29,025 nucleotides of DNA from Rhodoferax sp. (lineage in GTDB: Bacteria > Pseudomonadota > Gammaproteobacteria > Burkholderiales > Burkholderiaceae_C): the NCBI GenBank assembly GCA_031410295.1, contig JANNYX010000075.1:1-29025 (forward strand), read 5' to 3'. Positions 8,340-16,281 of this stretch are shown in pieces (within the stretch, counting starts at the first letter, position 1; each line of letters starts with the position of its first letter). The notes below the pieces were generated by a model that saw only the letters and a program-made list of their open reading frames with translations, was not told where the DNA came from and searched no databases. Both the position numbers and the translations under genes were made by a program.

Positions 8340-8420
8340 ATTGATCGGCCTGGTCGCTCGTAGCATTAAAAATAAAGCAAATTCATAATGGGGCGAAGCT
8401 CGATTGGGTAAATACACTAC

Positions 8421-8831
8421 ATGCATATGCTAAAGACTTACCTTGTCGAGGACAGTGCGGTGATTCGTCAAAGTTTGATCACGACGCTCGAAGAACTCAG
8501 CGACGTCAAGGTCATCGGAACCGCGGAAGATGAGGCTTCGGCGGTGGCCTGGCTGGCGGACACCAGTAACCTGGTAGACCTGGTGATCATCGATATTTTC
8601 CTCAAGGGTGGTTCAGGTCTGGGCGTGCTTAGAAGCGTCAACGCCATGGCCCTGGGTTGCAACCTGGTTGTGTTGACAAACTACGCGACCGTTGACATGC
8701 GGCTCAAATGCATAGAGTTGGGCGCCAGACGGGTTTTTGACAAGTCCAATGACATTGACGCATTGATCCACTTCTGCGAAAAATTGTCATCAGGCGACCC
8801 TGACACCACCTCGCCCGCACTGCTGCAGTAA
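8421..8831 (+). CDS. Single-domain response regulator (receiver only)
   Basis: YLVEDS, DLVIIDIFL.GGSG (phospho-Asp), VVLTN, FDKS. No output domain. Confidence 0.9.
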   Translation: MHMLKTYLVEDSAVIRQSLITTLEELSDVKVIGTAEDEASAVAWLADTSNLVDLVIIDIFLKGGSGLGVLRSVNAMALGCNLVVLTNYATVDMRLKCIELGARRVFDKSNDIDALIHFCEKLSSGDPDTTSPALLQ

Positions 8832-8863
8832 GGTGGCGTCGGCACCGAGCCGGTCTTCCGCTG

Positions 8864-9496
8864 CTACTGGATCAAGCCATTCTTCATGGCGTAGTAGGTC
8901 AGTTCGCTGTTGGAATCCAGCTTCATTTTTTCCATGACACGCGTGCGGTAGGTGCTCACCGTTTTCACGCTGAGCGACATGCTGACTGCCATGTGCCCGA
9001 CCGTTTCTCCTTTGGCCAGGCGTAGAAATACCTGAAGCTCCCGCTCCGACAGCTGTTCGTGAAGGGGTTTGTCGGCGCCGCCGATCAAATTGTCAGCCAG
9101 TTGTTCTGCAACACCGGCAGTAATGTATTTGCGCCCTCGACATACCGTGCGTATCGCTGTCACGATTTCCTGCGGGTCACATTCCTTGTTCAGATATCCG
9201 CTGGCTCCTTGGCGCAACAATGTGGTTGCGTAATGGGCCTCGGGAAATCCACTCAGAATCAACACCGGCAAATCCGGTGCACGGGCCCGAATCGAAGCCA
9301 GTGCGTCAACCCCGCTTTGGTCGGGCATGGAAATGTCCATCAGGATGACGTCCACCTCGCCTTTTCGAACGATGTCGACGGCCTGACGCCCAGTGGTGGC
9401 TTCGGCCACGACTTCGAAGTCGATCTGTTCGGCAAAAAATTGGCGCAAGCCCGCCCGCACCGTGGCGTGGTCGTCAACAATGGCAATTCGAATCAT
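8864..9496 (-). CDS. NarL/LuxR-family response regulator, GacA/UvrY-like
   Basis: Receiver (IVDDH, DVILMDISMP.QSG, GASGYLNK) plus LuxR HTH LSERELQVF..LAKG..V......SLSVKTVSTYRTRVMEKM......ELTYYA.KNGLI, resembling the UvrY/GacA C-terminus. Confidence 0.92.
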   Translation of the reverse strand: MIRIAIVDDHATVRAGLRQFFAEQIDFEVVAEATTGRQAVDIVRKGEVDVILMDISMPDQSGVDALASIRARAPDLPVLILSGFPEAHYATTLLRQGASGYLNKECDPQEIVTAIRTVCRGRKYITAGVAEQLADNLIGGADKPLHEQLSERELQVFLRLAKGETVGHMAVSMSLSVKTVSTYRTRVMEKMKLDSNSELTYYAMKNGLIQ

Positions 9497-9713
9497 GGGG
9501 TGCGGTTAGTTGTTTGGCAGCATGATCCCACAGTTTTGATCCGGGCTGAAACCAGACTGGATTTGTGCCGCCGCCACGCAACAGTGGCAGTTCTATTATT
9601 TCTACTATTTTGCGCGGTCAGCAGGTGCTGTCATCCGCCGATTTCCATCAACCTGCAACGGCGATTGGAGCGAATGACAAGCATAGTGATATCCGCCGAG
9701 CGAACCCGCTTTC

Positions 9714-9731
9714 TGTCGGCAACGTCCTACG
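9714..9731. promoter_or_regulatory. YGTMRG-N6-CYKACR palindrome
   Basis: TGTCGG-CAACGT-CCTACG in the 383-bp divergent spacer between the LuxR regulator and the DUF883-like operon. Confidence 0.65.
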
Positions 9732-9879
9732 CCGGTTGCATCAAATGCCCGACATATGAAAAGCAGTAGCGCTGACATTTGAACAGATCGGGGCAGGACA
9801 TACTTGATTTACAAAAACGTTTTGCGCCAACAGGCCATCACAAAACATCAACCACAGCTCAACCCACCAAGGAATTCAC

Positions 9880-10260
9880 ATGATTTCATCCAACCCTTCC
9901 CAAGACACTTCCCGCTTCGCAGACAAACTTGCCGACAAAGCGGACCAGGCCATCCAGTCCACACAGCACGCGGCAAACGGTGCGCTGGACAGCTTGAGCA
10001 GCAGCGTGCAAGGAATCCGTAACCAGGCCGGGCCGATGTTGGCAAATGTTGCGGGTCAAGCGGGTGAGCTGCTTCAAACTAGCCGGGATGTCGTTCGTAC
10101 CGCATCGAGCCAAGTCACCGACGCCGCGCTCAAAGCACGCGACGGTACGGTGAGTTATGTCAAAGAGGAGCCCGTGAAGGCCATGCTGATTGCCGCAGCG
10201 ACCGGAGCTGCTCTTATGGCCCTGATCAGCATGATGAGTGGTTCGAATCGGCGCATTTAG
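9880..10260 (+). CDS. ElaB/YqjD (DUF883)-like tail-anchored protein
   Basis: Ala/Gln-rich helical body, then YVKEEP.KA.LIAAATGAAL.AL C-terminal TM. AAGGA RBS. Confidence 0.75.
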   Translation: MISSNPSQDTSRFADKLADKADQAIQSTQHAANGALDSLSSSVQGIRNQAGPMLANVAGQAGELLQTSRDVVRTASSQVTDAALKARDGTVSYVKEEPVKAMLIAAATGAALMALISMMSGSNRRI

Positions 10261-10310
10261 GCTGTCTCTTAGCCCAAACTCAGCCACCCGTTAACCAGCG
10301 GTCTAAGCCT

Positions 10311-10706
10311 TTGTTCCATCCACTTTTTCAACCGATCGTCCGCCTGATCACTGCGCGGCCAGAACTCTTGGTGGACCACGCACAGGCCTATGCCGAGTTG
10401 TTGTCCAGTGAACTTGGAATTGCAGGTGAAAACTGGAAACGTCAGTTGCTATTCAACGGCGCGGCTGTTTTCGCCTTGGCAGTTGGCGTTATTTTTGCGG
10501 GTGTCGCTTTGATGTTGTGGGCAATGGTGCCTGTCGCTGAAAGTCCGGCGCCTTGGGCGCTGATCGCAGTGCCGGTTGCGCCTTTCGTATTGGCATTTGC
10601 TTGCCTGTTTTTCGCCAGCCGGTATGCAAAGGCAGTGCCGTTTATCAATGTCAAGCGCCAATTGGCAGCGGATCTGGCGATGGTTCGAGATGCGGGTTCA
10701 GCATGA
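10311..10706 (+). CDS. Two-TM membrane protein, YqjE/phage-holin-3_6-like
   Basis: N-terminal amphipathic helix (HAQAYAELLSSE), two TM helices, and C-terminal F..VKRQL.ADL. TTG start, exact position uncertain. Confidence 0.7.
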   Translation: MFHPLFQPIVRLITARPELLVDHAQAYAELLSSELGIAGENWKRQLLFNGAAVFALAVGVIFAGVALMLWAMVPVAESPAPWALIAVPVAPFVLAFACLFFASRYAKAVPFINVKRQLAADLAMVRDAGSA

Positions 10707-11209
10707 CGGCGGCTTCTGTTCGTGCCACTTTGGCCTGTGAGCGCTTGACGCTGTCGCGCGAAGCCTTTCGCCAGGGACTTGTAGTCAATATTGCCGCAGC
10801 GGGAGCAAATAAACCACCGTTGGCCTGGCTGGAGGGACTCAACAACCTTCCTGGATTTGGCGCTGTATTGACTGCACTGCGCGCTTGGTGGGCTGATCAG
10901 CCCATTCGAAAAGCCAGCTTGGGCGTTGCCGAGGCGGCGAAGACGGCCTTGTTGCCAATAGCACAACGCGCGCCACTAACCCTTGTGCTAGGTGCGCTGG
11001 CGCTCGGAGGAATGTTTGTTTGGGTGCGACCGTGGCGCTGGCTCACCGCGCCTACGGTTCTGGCCGGGCTAATGCCACAAATTTTGAGCAAGATCATCGC
11101 CAATGTGCCAGCACAATCCTGGCTGGCCGGTTTGGCTTCGCTTTCAGCCGCGCGCGGTCAGAGTCCATACCCCGGGCCAGCTGATTTACACGCTTCGGAA
11201 ACGAGATGA
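10703..11209 (+). CDS. Hypothetical membrane-associated protein (third gene of the triad, positionally YqjK-like)
   Basis: ATG 10703 overlaps the upstream stop (ATGA). N-terminal RL..SRE..R and a hydrophobic patch followed by RPWRW. Confidence 0.65.
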   Translation: MTAASVRATLACERLTLSREAFRQGLVVNIAAAGANKPPLAWLEGLNNLPGFGAVLTALRAWWADQPIRKASLGVAEAAKTALLPIAQRAPLTLVLGALALGGMFVWVRPWRWLTAPTVLAGLMPQILSKIIANVPAQSWLAGLASLSAARGQSPYPGPADLHASETR

Positions 11210-11390
11210 ACATGGCGGCCGCCGAAACGCATCCCATATCGCCAAATTGTGTTCGTTATCGCACAGACCAATACCTGTCGCGGCCTTACCCTCACCCCAC
11301 ACGCTACTCGGCAGGAACCTTCCAATCGGTTTGTCTGCGTGTGGCACCACGTCACCTGTGCCTGACTTTTAACTCTCAAAGGAATGCGTC

Positions 11391-11594
11391 ATGAATCACC
11401 CCCTTCTCGCAATCGCCCTGTTCTCCATGGTCGCACTGAGCGCCTGCGACAAACCGGCAGTCGTCGTCACTCCAGCGACCCCAATGGCCGTTCCCGGCCC
11501 GCCCGGTCCCACCGGTGCAACGGGTAACACTGGCAGCTCAGGCAGCACAGTTGTGGTGGTTCCCGCCGCTCCTGCTTCAGCCGCCTCGAATTAG
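11391..11594 (+). CDS. Small lipoprotein with Gly-X-Y repeat
   Basis: AAGGA RBS, lipobox LSAC, then GPP-GPT-GAT-GNT-GSS-GST. Confidence 0.7.
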   Translation: MNHPLLAIALFSMVALSACDKPAVVVTPATPMAVPGPPGPTGATGNTGSSGSTVVVVPAAPASAASN

Positions 11595-11626
11595 GTGTCA
11601 TCAATGTCAATTCCAGGGAGATTTTC

Positions 11627-11785
11627 ATGAGCGTGGGCACCATCTTGTTGATCGTTCTGATCCTGATGTTGATCGGTGTTTTTCCGACCTGGCCACATAG
11701 CAGCAAGTGGGGGTACGGCCCCAGTGGCGGCCTGGGGATTGTCGTCATCATTCTTATTGTGTTGCTGGTCATGGGTCGAATTTAG
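11627..11785 (+). CDS. DUF3309-family small membrane protein
   Basis: Below the ORF-track cutoff. Manual translation MSVGTILLIVLILMLIGVFPTWPHSSKWGYGPSGGLGIVVIILIVLLVMGRI (52 aa) has the P.W.HS..WGYGPSGGLG signature. GGAG RBS. Confidence 0.88.
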   Translation: MSVGTILLIVLILMLIGVFPTWPHSSKWGYGPSGGLGIVVIILIVLLVMGRI

Positions 11786-11801
11786 AGCGGCACGATTGCC
11801 G

Positions 11802-13196
11802 ATGCCGACAGCGCGCGTCCTGGCTAGTTTGCTGGCGTGGTGCGCGATTGCATGGTTGGGTCTGGCTGGTTGCAGCAGCTTGCCAACCATCGATCCAGAT
11901 TTTGCTGGCCCCAAACGACGGGCGGTATTGCTTGAAGGCGCAAAGGGCGAATTAACGGCTGCACAGAGCAAGGTAGTTCTGGACCGATTGCGTAGCAGCA
12001 GCATTGCCAGCAATATTTTCGACCGCCATCTGGCCCTGGAGGAAACGCTCGTCGGTACGCCTTTGACGACAGGCAACCAGGTGCAGCTGTTGCAGGACGG
12101 CCCAACGACCTATCGCGCCATGTTTGCCGCAATCCGGGCGGCAAAGGACCACATCAACCTGGAAACCTACATTCTGGACGACGACGAGATCGGACAGAAG
12201 TTTGCGCAGGCTTTGATTGACAAACAGAAAAAAGGCGTACAAGTCAACATCATCCGGGACAGTGTCGGAACTCTGGGTACGCCGACCACATTTTTTAAAC
12301 AGCTGAGCGACGCCGGCGTTAATGTCCTCGAATTCAATCCCGTCAACCCGCTGGCGGCCCGAAAAACCTGGGCCTTGAACCAGCGGGATCACCGCAAATT
12401 GTTGATCGTCGACGGCGCCATGGCCTTTCTCGGCGGCATCAACATCAGCAGCGTTTATTCCGGGGGATCTTTCGGTCAGCGATCCCGCAAAGAGTCTGAA
12501 GAAAACTTGGCCTGGCGCGATACCGACCTGCAGTTGCAAGGTCCGGTGGTGGCTGAATTCCAGAAGCTGTTCCTGGCCACCTGGGAGAAGCAAAACGGCC
12601 CGCCCTTGGCACAGAAGAATTATTTCCCTCCTCCCAGGAATGTCGGCAAACAGGTTGTGCGGGCGATCGGCAGCTCTCCGACAGACCCCTTCAGCCTGAT
12701 CTACGCCACTTTGTTGTCTGCGATTGGCAACGCGGAGACCAGTGTTTTCTTAACCAACGCGTACTTTGCCCCCGACCCCCAACTGCTGGCCGCGTTGGAA
12801 GCCGCCGCCAAGAGGGGTGTTGCAGTGAAATTGATTTTGCCTAGCCAGACCGATTCCTGGATGGTGTTTCACATCGGGCGCGGTTTTTACGAACAGTTGC
12901 TGCGCGCAGGCGTGAAAATCTATGAACGCAGAGACGTTATCCTGCATTCCAAAACGGCCCTGGTAGACGGCGTCTGGGCAACGATTGGATCAACCAACCT
13001 TGACTGGCGCAGCTTTCTGCACAACGAGGAGCTCAACGCGGTGGTGTTGGGCACCGAGTTTGGCAGCCAGGTGCAGGCGATGTTCAACAAAGACCTGGCA
13101 GCGTCTGACGAAATCATGTTGGAGCAATGGCTGGCACGTCCACTCGATCTTCGAATTAAGGAGATGTTGGCCAGGGTTTGGGAGTACTGGTTATGA
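11802..13196 (+). CDS. cls: Phospholipase D / cardiolipin synthase-like protein with lipobox
   Basis: Two HKD motifs (RDHRKLLIVD, LHSKTALVD...IGSTNLD.RS), GGINI, WRDT and NAYF.P. Start moved to ATG 11802 because the track start overlaps DUF3309. LAGC lipobox. Confidence 0.88.
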   Translation: MPTARVLASLLAWCAIAWLGLAGCSSLPTIDPDFAGPKRRAVLLEGAKGELTAAQSKVVLDRLRSSSIASNIFDRHLALEETLVGTPLTTGNQVQLLQDGPTTYRAMFAAIRAAKDHINLETYILDDDEIGQKFAQALIDKQKKGVQVNIIRDSVGTLGTPTTFFKQLSDAGVNVLEFNPVNPLAARKTWALNQRDHRKLLIVDGAMAFLGGINISSVYSGGSFGQRSRKESEENLAWRDTDLQLQGPVVAEFQKLFLATWEKQNGPPLAQKNYFPPPRNVGKQVVRAIGSSPTDPFSLIYATLLSAIGNAETSVFLTNAYFAPDPQLLAALEAAAKRGVAVKLILPSQTDSWMVFHIGRGFYEQLLRAGVKIYERRDVILHSKTALVDGVWATIGSTNLDWRSFLHNEELNAVVLGTEFGSQVQAMFNKDLAASDEIMLEQWLARPLDLRIKEMLARVWEYWL

Positions 13197-13208
13197 AGCG
13201 GAGTCGTT

Positions 13209-14114
13209 ATGGCCCTTCCTGACTTGGCACGGCCCGCTGCGGTACTGCTGAAGTGCCTCCTTCTGCTGGGGCTGGCAGGATCCTTTTTCCCCGCTCTAGC
13301 TGAAGGCAACGCGACGCAGGATTTGCTCGCTAAATATGCGTCTTTGGAGCCGCAACTTCGGCAAAATCAATTTAATCGTCCGCTGGTTCTGGATTCTCAG
13401 GAAACGCCCAGCCGCGTCACGGGCGAAGTGCATGCGGTAGTCGATTACCCGTTTTCTGACGTCAGCGCGAGATTGAACGACCCCGACCATTGGTGCGACG
13501 TGTTGTCCTTGCACATCAACACCAAGTATTGCCGCGCGGTCATCACACCGGGTGGCACATTTCTCAAAGTAAATATTGGCAAAAAAACTGCCGAAAACCT
13601 CAAAGATGCTGCGCGTGTTGAATTCACCTTCACCACAGCCACGGCGACGCCCACTTACCCTGAAATAAAGCTGAGTACCAAAAATGGGCCAATGGGAACC
13701 AGCGACTACCGCATCAATCTGAAGGCCATTGCGTTACCCGACGCCAAGTCTTTTTTGAAATTGAGTTATTCGTATTCCATGAATTTTGCCGCCCGCCTGG
13801 CGATTCAAACTTACCTTGCAACTGCGGCACGCCATAAAGTGGGTTTCACGCCACTCGGAAAAGCAAGCGACGGGCAGCCCATTTACATTGGCGGTGTGCG
13901 CGGACTGGCAGAGCGCAACACCATGCGTTATTACCTTGCGATAGACAGTTTTCTGGCCGCAGGCTCCGAGCCGCCGCAGGGGCAGCTGGATAAACGCCTG
14001 CAAACCTGGTTCAGCGCCGTTGAGCGTTATCCACGCCAATTGCATGAACTCGATCGCAGCGAATATCTCGCGATGAAACGCGAGGAATACCTGCGCCAGC
14101 AAACTGCCGACTAG
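13209..14114 (+). CDS. Secreted conserved hypothetical protein
   Basis: 301-aa ORF 12 nt after cls, with an N-terminal signal peptide (LLLLGLAGSFFPALA-E). Confidence 0.75.
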   Translation: MALPDLARPAAVLLKCLLLLGLAGSFFPALAEGNATQDLLAKYASLEPQLRQNQFNRPLVLDSQETPSRVTGEVHAVVDYPFSDVSARLNDPDHWCDVLSLHINTKYCRAVITPGGTFLKVNIGKKTAENLKDAARVEFTFTTATATPTYPEIKLSTKNGPMGTSDYRINLKAIALPDAKSFLKLSYSYSMNFAARLAIQTYLATAARHKVGFTPLGKASDGQPIYIGGVRGLAERNTMRYYLAIDSFLAAGSEPPQGQLDKRLQTWFSAVERYPRQLHELDRSEYLAMKREEYLRQQTAD

Positions 14115-14118
14115 GGCC

Positions 14119-14136
14119 TGTCGGAATTGGCCGACA
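14119..14136. promoter_or_regulatory. Palindrome with perfectly complementary arms, TGTCGG-N6-CCGACA
   Basis: TGTCGG-AATTGG-CCGACA, 4 nt after the 13209-14114 stop and 74 nt before the next start. Confidence 0.7.
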
Positions 14137-14210
14137 GCAAGTCAGGCATCTGTCTGATCGATGCCAACGAAGCGCTCAACGAAGATCTTTTCCTTTTATC
14201 GGAGATTTCC

Positions 14211-14372
14211 ATGCGCAGCAATCTTCCCCGGGACTTGCACAGCGTCCCCGTTCTGGATCCGCTGGAGCCGGACGATGAGGGTCCAACATTTGTCGATCCC
14301 GATGAAGGTCCAATTCAAGCCCTGATTCAGGATGATCCGGAATACGACCGGATCGTCAGCCCCAACGATTGA
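14211..14372 (+). CDS. Small acidic Asp/Pro-rich protein
   Basis: ATG 14211 preceded by GGAG. MRSNLPRDLHSVPVLDPLEPDDEGPTFVDPDEGPIQALIQDDPEYDRIVSPND (53 aa). Confidence 0.55.
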   Translation: MRSNLPRDLHSVPVLDPLEPDDEGPTFVDPDEGPIQALIQDDPEYDRIVSPND

Positions 14373-14456
14373 TTCACACTTGCTTTGGCTTCGCTAACGC
14401 ACAGTCGGTCACAGGCAATCAGGCCATCATCGTCATACAAGCGAACGGAGCGTCAA

Positions 14457-14927
14457 ATGAACAAGTCCAATCCCCCCACCTCATTTGGCGTTTTCAAGCC
14501 CGTGGGCCACGTCGTCGTCGCGCTGGGCAGCATTGAGAAATTGCAGGCGCTGGCCAGTGCGTTGGCAGCCCAAGGCTTTTCAGCAGGCGACATGGTCCGA
14601 TACACGCCGCAGGAAATGATCAACCAGGTGGACGCGCAACTGTTGACGGCGAGCCCCTTGGCTTCGGTTGGGCAGGATCTCAACCTCATCAAGGCGCACC
14701 GGGTGCTTGCTGAAGGCGGATGCAGTTTCTTGGTGGTGCACGCCCCCAACGGCGAACAGGTGGCCAGCGTTGCGGCTGCAGCAAAAAAACATCACGCCAA
14801 ATCAGCCCAACGTTACGGCAGTTTGATTGTTGAAGAACTGGTAACGGCGCCTGATGACGAACCGCAGACGTTTGAGTCACCCGACACAGGCCTTGACAGT
14901 CCGGATGCGCGTCAAGCGCAGCCATGA
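14457..14927 (+). CDS. Conserved hypothetical protein
   Basis: ATG 14457 with GGAG RBS. SFGVFKPVGHVV N-terminus and an alpha/beta-like pattern. Stop overlaps the next start (ATGA). Confidence 0.75.
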   Translation: MNKSNPPTSFGVFKPVGHVVVALGSIEKLQALASALAAQGFSAGDMVRYTPQEMINQVDAQLLTASPLASVGQDLNLIKAHRVLAEGGCSFLVVHAPNGEQVASVAAAAKKHHAKSAQRYGSLIVEELVTAPDDEPQTFESPDTGLDSPDARQAQP

Positions 14928-15325
14928 CGCGTTATTTCGCTGCCTACGGCGCCACTGCGGCGTTGATGCTTGCGCTGGATGCAATCTGGCTCGGATTCAT
15001 TGCCAAACCGCTGTACCAGGAGGCTATCGGGCATTTGATGGCCGACCCACCCTATTTGCCGGCGGCGCTTGTGTTTTATGTGCTTTTTCCCCTGGGTTTG
15101 ATGATTTTTGCAGTGGCGCCAAATGGCGTCACCACCTCTTGGGACAAGACGCTGCTGATGGCCGGTTTGTTCGGACTCCTTGCTTACGCCACCTATGACC
15201 TGACCAATCTGGCGACGCTGCGCAACTGGCCGGCCAGCCTGGCCGTGATCGACATGGCCTGGGGCACCTTCATTAGCGTAGCTGCGGCAGCTGCAGGCAA
15301 GGCCGCACTGGATCACATCGCGTAG
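14924..15325 (+). CDS. DUF2177-family membrane protein
   Basis: LD..WLG.IA..LY...IG.L, then GL.GL.AYATYDLTN.ATL.NWP......D.AWG. Confidence 0.85.
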   Translation: MTRYFAAYGATAALMLALDAIWLGFIAKPLYQEAIGHLMADPPYLPAALVFYVLFPLGLMIFAVAPNGVTTSWDKTLLMAGLFGLLAYATYDLTNLATLRNWPASLAVIDMAWGTFISVAAAAAGKAALDHIA

Positions 15326-15405
15326 GCGCACTAGGATGCCCTGGAGCGCCCGATCATTCGATTTTTTACCCTGGATTCTCAACCTGCAATGAAACGGAGC
15401 CCCAC

Positions 15406-16227
15406 ATGCCCATGATCACCACCACCGACGGCACTCAACTCTATGTCAAGGACTGGGGCAGCGGCCAACCCGTCATCCTGATGCACGGCTGGCCGCTCTC
15501 GTCCGACAGCTGGGACGATGCGGCCATGGCTTTTGTGCAATCGGGCTTTCGCACCATCGCCTACGACCGCCGTGGTTTTGGGCGCTCCTCACAGCCCTGG
15601 AGTGGCTACGACTACAACACGCTGGCAGACGACCTGGCGGCGGTGATTGAGCAGTGTGGTGCGAAAGACGCCATTTTGGTGGGTTTCTCCATGGGCGGCG
15701 GCGAAGTGGCGCGCTACATGTCCCGACACAACGGCCGCTCGGTCGCAAAAGCGGCGCTGGTGGCGTCGATCGTTCCGTTCATGCTCAGAACCGCCGACAA
15801 CCCCGACGGCACGGAGCAAGAAGTGTTCGACGGCATGGCGCAGGCGATCAAAGAAGACCGGGCGAAATTTTTCACCGGGTTCTTCAAGGACTTTTTTGGT
15901 GTCGGAATGATGTCGCACCCCGTCAGCGACCCGGTGCTGGAATGGGCGCGCAGTGTGTCAATGCAAGCCAGCCTCCAGGCCACGCTGGAGTGCGCCAAGT
16001 CCTTCGCCACCACGGATTTGCGCGATGACTTGTCCGCTTTCACCGTGCCCACACTCATCATTCACGGTACACAAGACAAGACGGTTCCCATCGACGCCTC
16101 TGCCAGAGCCGCGGCCGCGGGAATTCCAAAAGCAAGCTTGATCGAATATGAAGGCGCGCCGCATGGCCTGTTTGCCACACACAAACAACGCCTGACCAAA
16201 GACCTGCTGGAATTTCTGCGGTCCTGA
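15406..16227 (+). CDS. Alpha/beta hydrolase, non-heme chloroperoxidase/arylesterase family
   Basis: DGT.LYVKDWG.GQPV...HGWPLS.DSW, DRRGFGRS.QPW.GYDY.T.ADDL, nucleophile GFSMGGGEV, HGT.D.TVP, GAPHGL. Confidence 0.92.
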   Translation: MPMITTTDGTQLYVKDWGSGQPVILMHGWPLSSDSWDDAAMAFVQSGFRTIAYDRRGFGRSSQPWSGYDYNTLADDLAAVIEQCGAKDAILVGFSMGGGEVARYMSRHNGRSVAKAALVASIVPFMLRTADNPDGTEQEVFDGMAQAIKEDRAKFFTGFFKDFFGVGMMSHPVSDPVLEWARSVSMQASLQATLECAKSFATTDLRDDLSAFTVPTLIIHGTQDKTVPIDASARAAAAGIPKASLIEYEGAPHGLFATHKQRLTKDLLEFLRS

Positions 16228-16281
16228 GACTGCTTGCAAGACAGCGCGTAACCCCGGATCGCCGGCTCGCCCAATGCCCCG

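Noticed and set aside
9592-9609. Tandem 9-mer TCTATTATT/TCTACTATT
   Set aside because: Only two imperfect copies in locally AT-rich DNA; chance is plausible.
9497-9879. Possible Rsm/Csr-type sRNA under the GacA-like box
   Set aside because: No run of GGA-loop hairpins or clear terminator is visible. An sRNA of another type cannot be excluded.
10311-10706. Holin-like gene as evidence of a prophage
   Set aside because: No endolysin, structural or integrase genes. The YqjE-like family is a chromosomal stress-associated membrane family in this context.
11206-11394. 62-aa ORF bridging 11209 and 11391
   Set aside because: No RBS or family features. It more likely spans the promoter/leader of the lipoprotein gene.
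11676-11801. N-terminal extension of cls in the ORF track
   Set aside because: It overlaps the DUF3309 gene in another frame. ATG 11802 gives a proper signal peptide.
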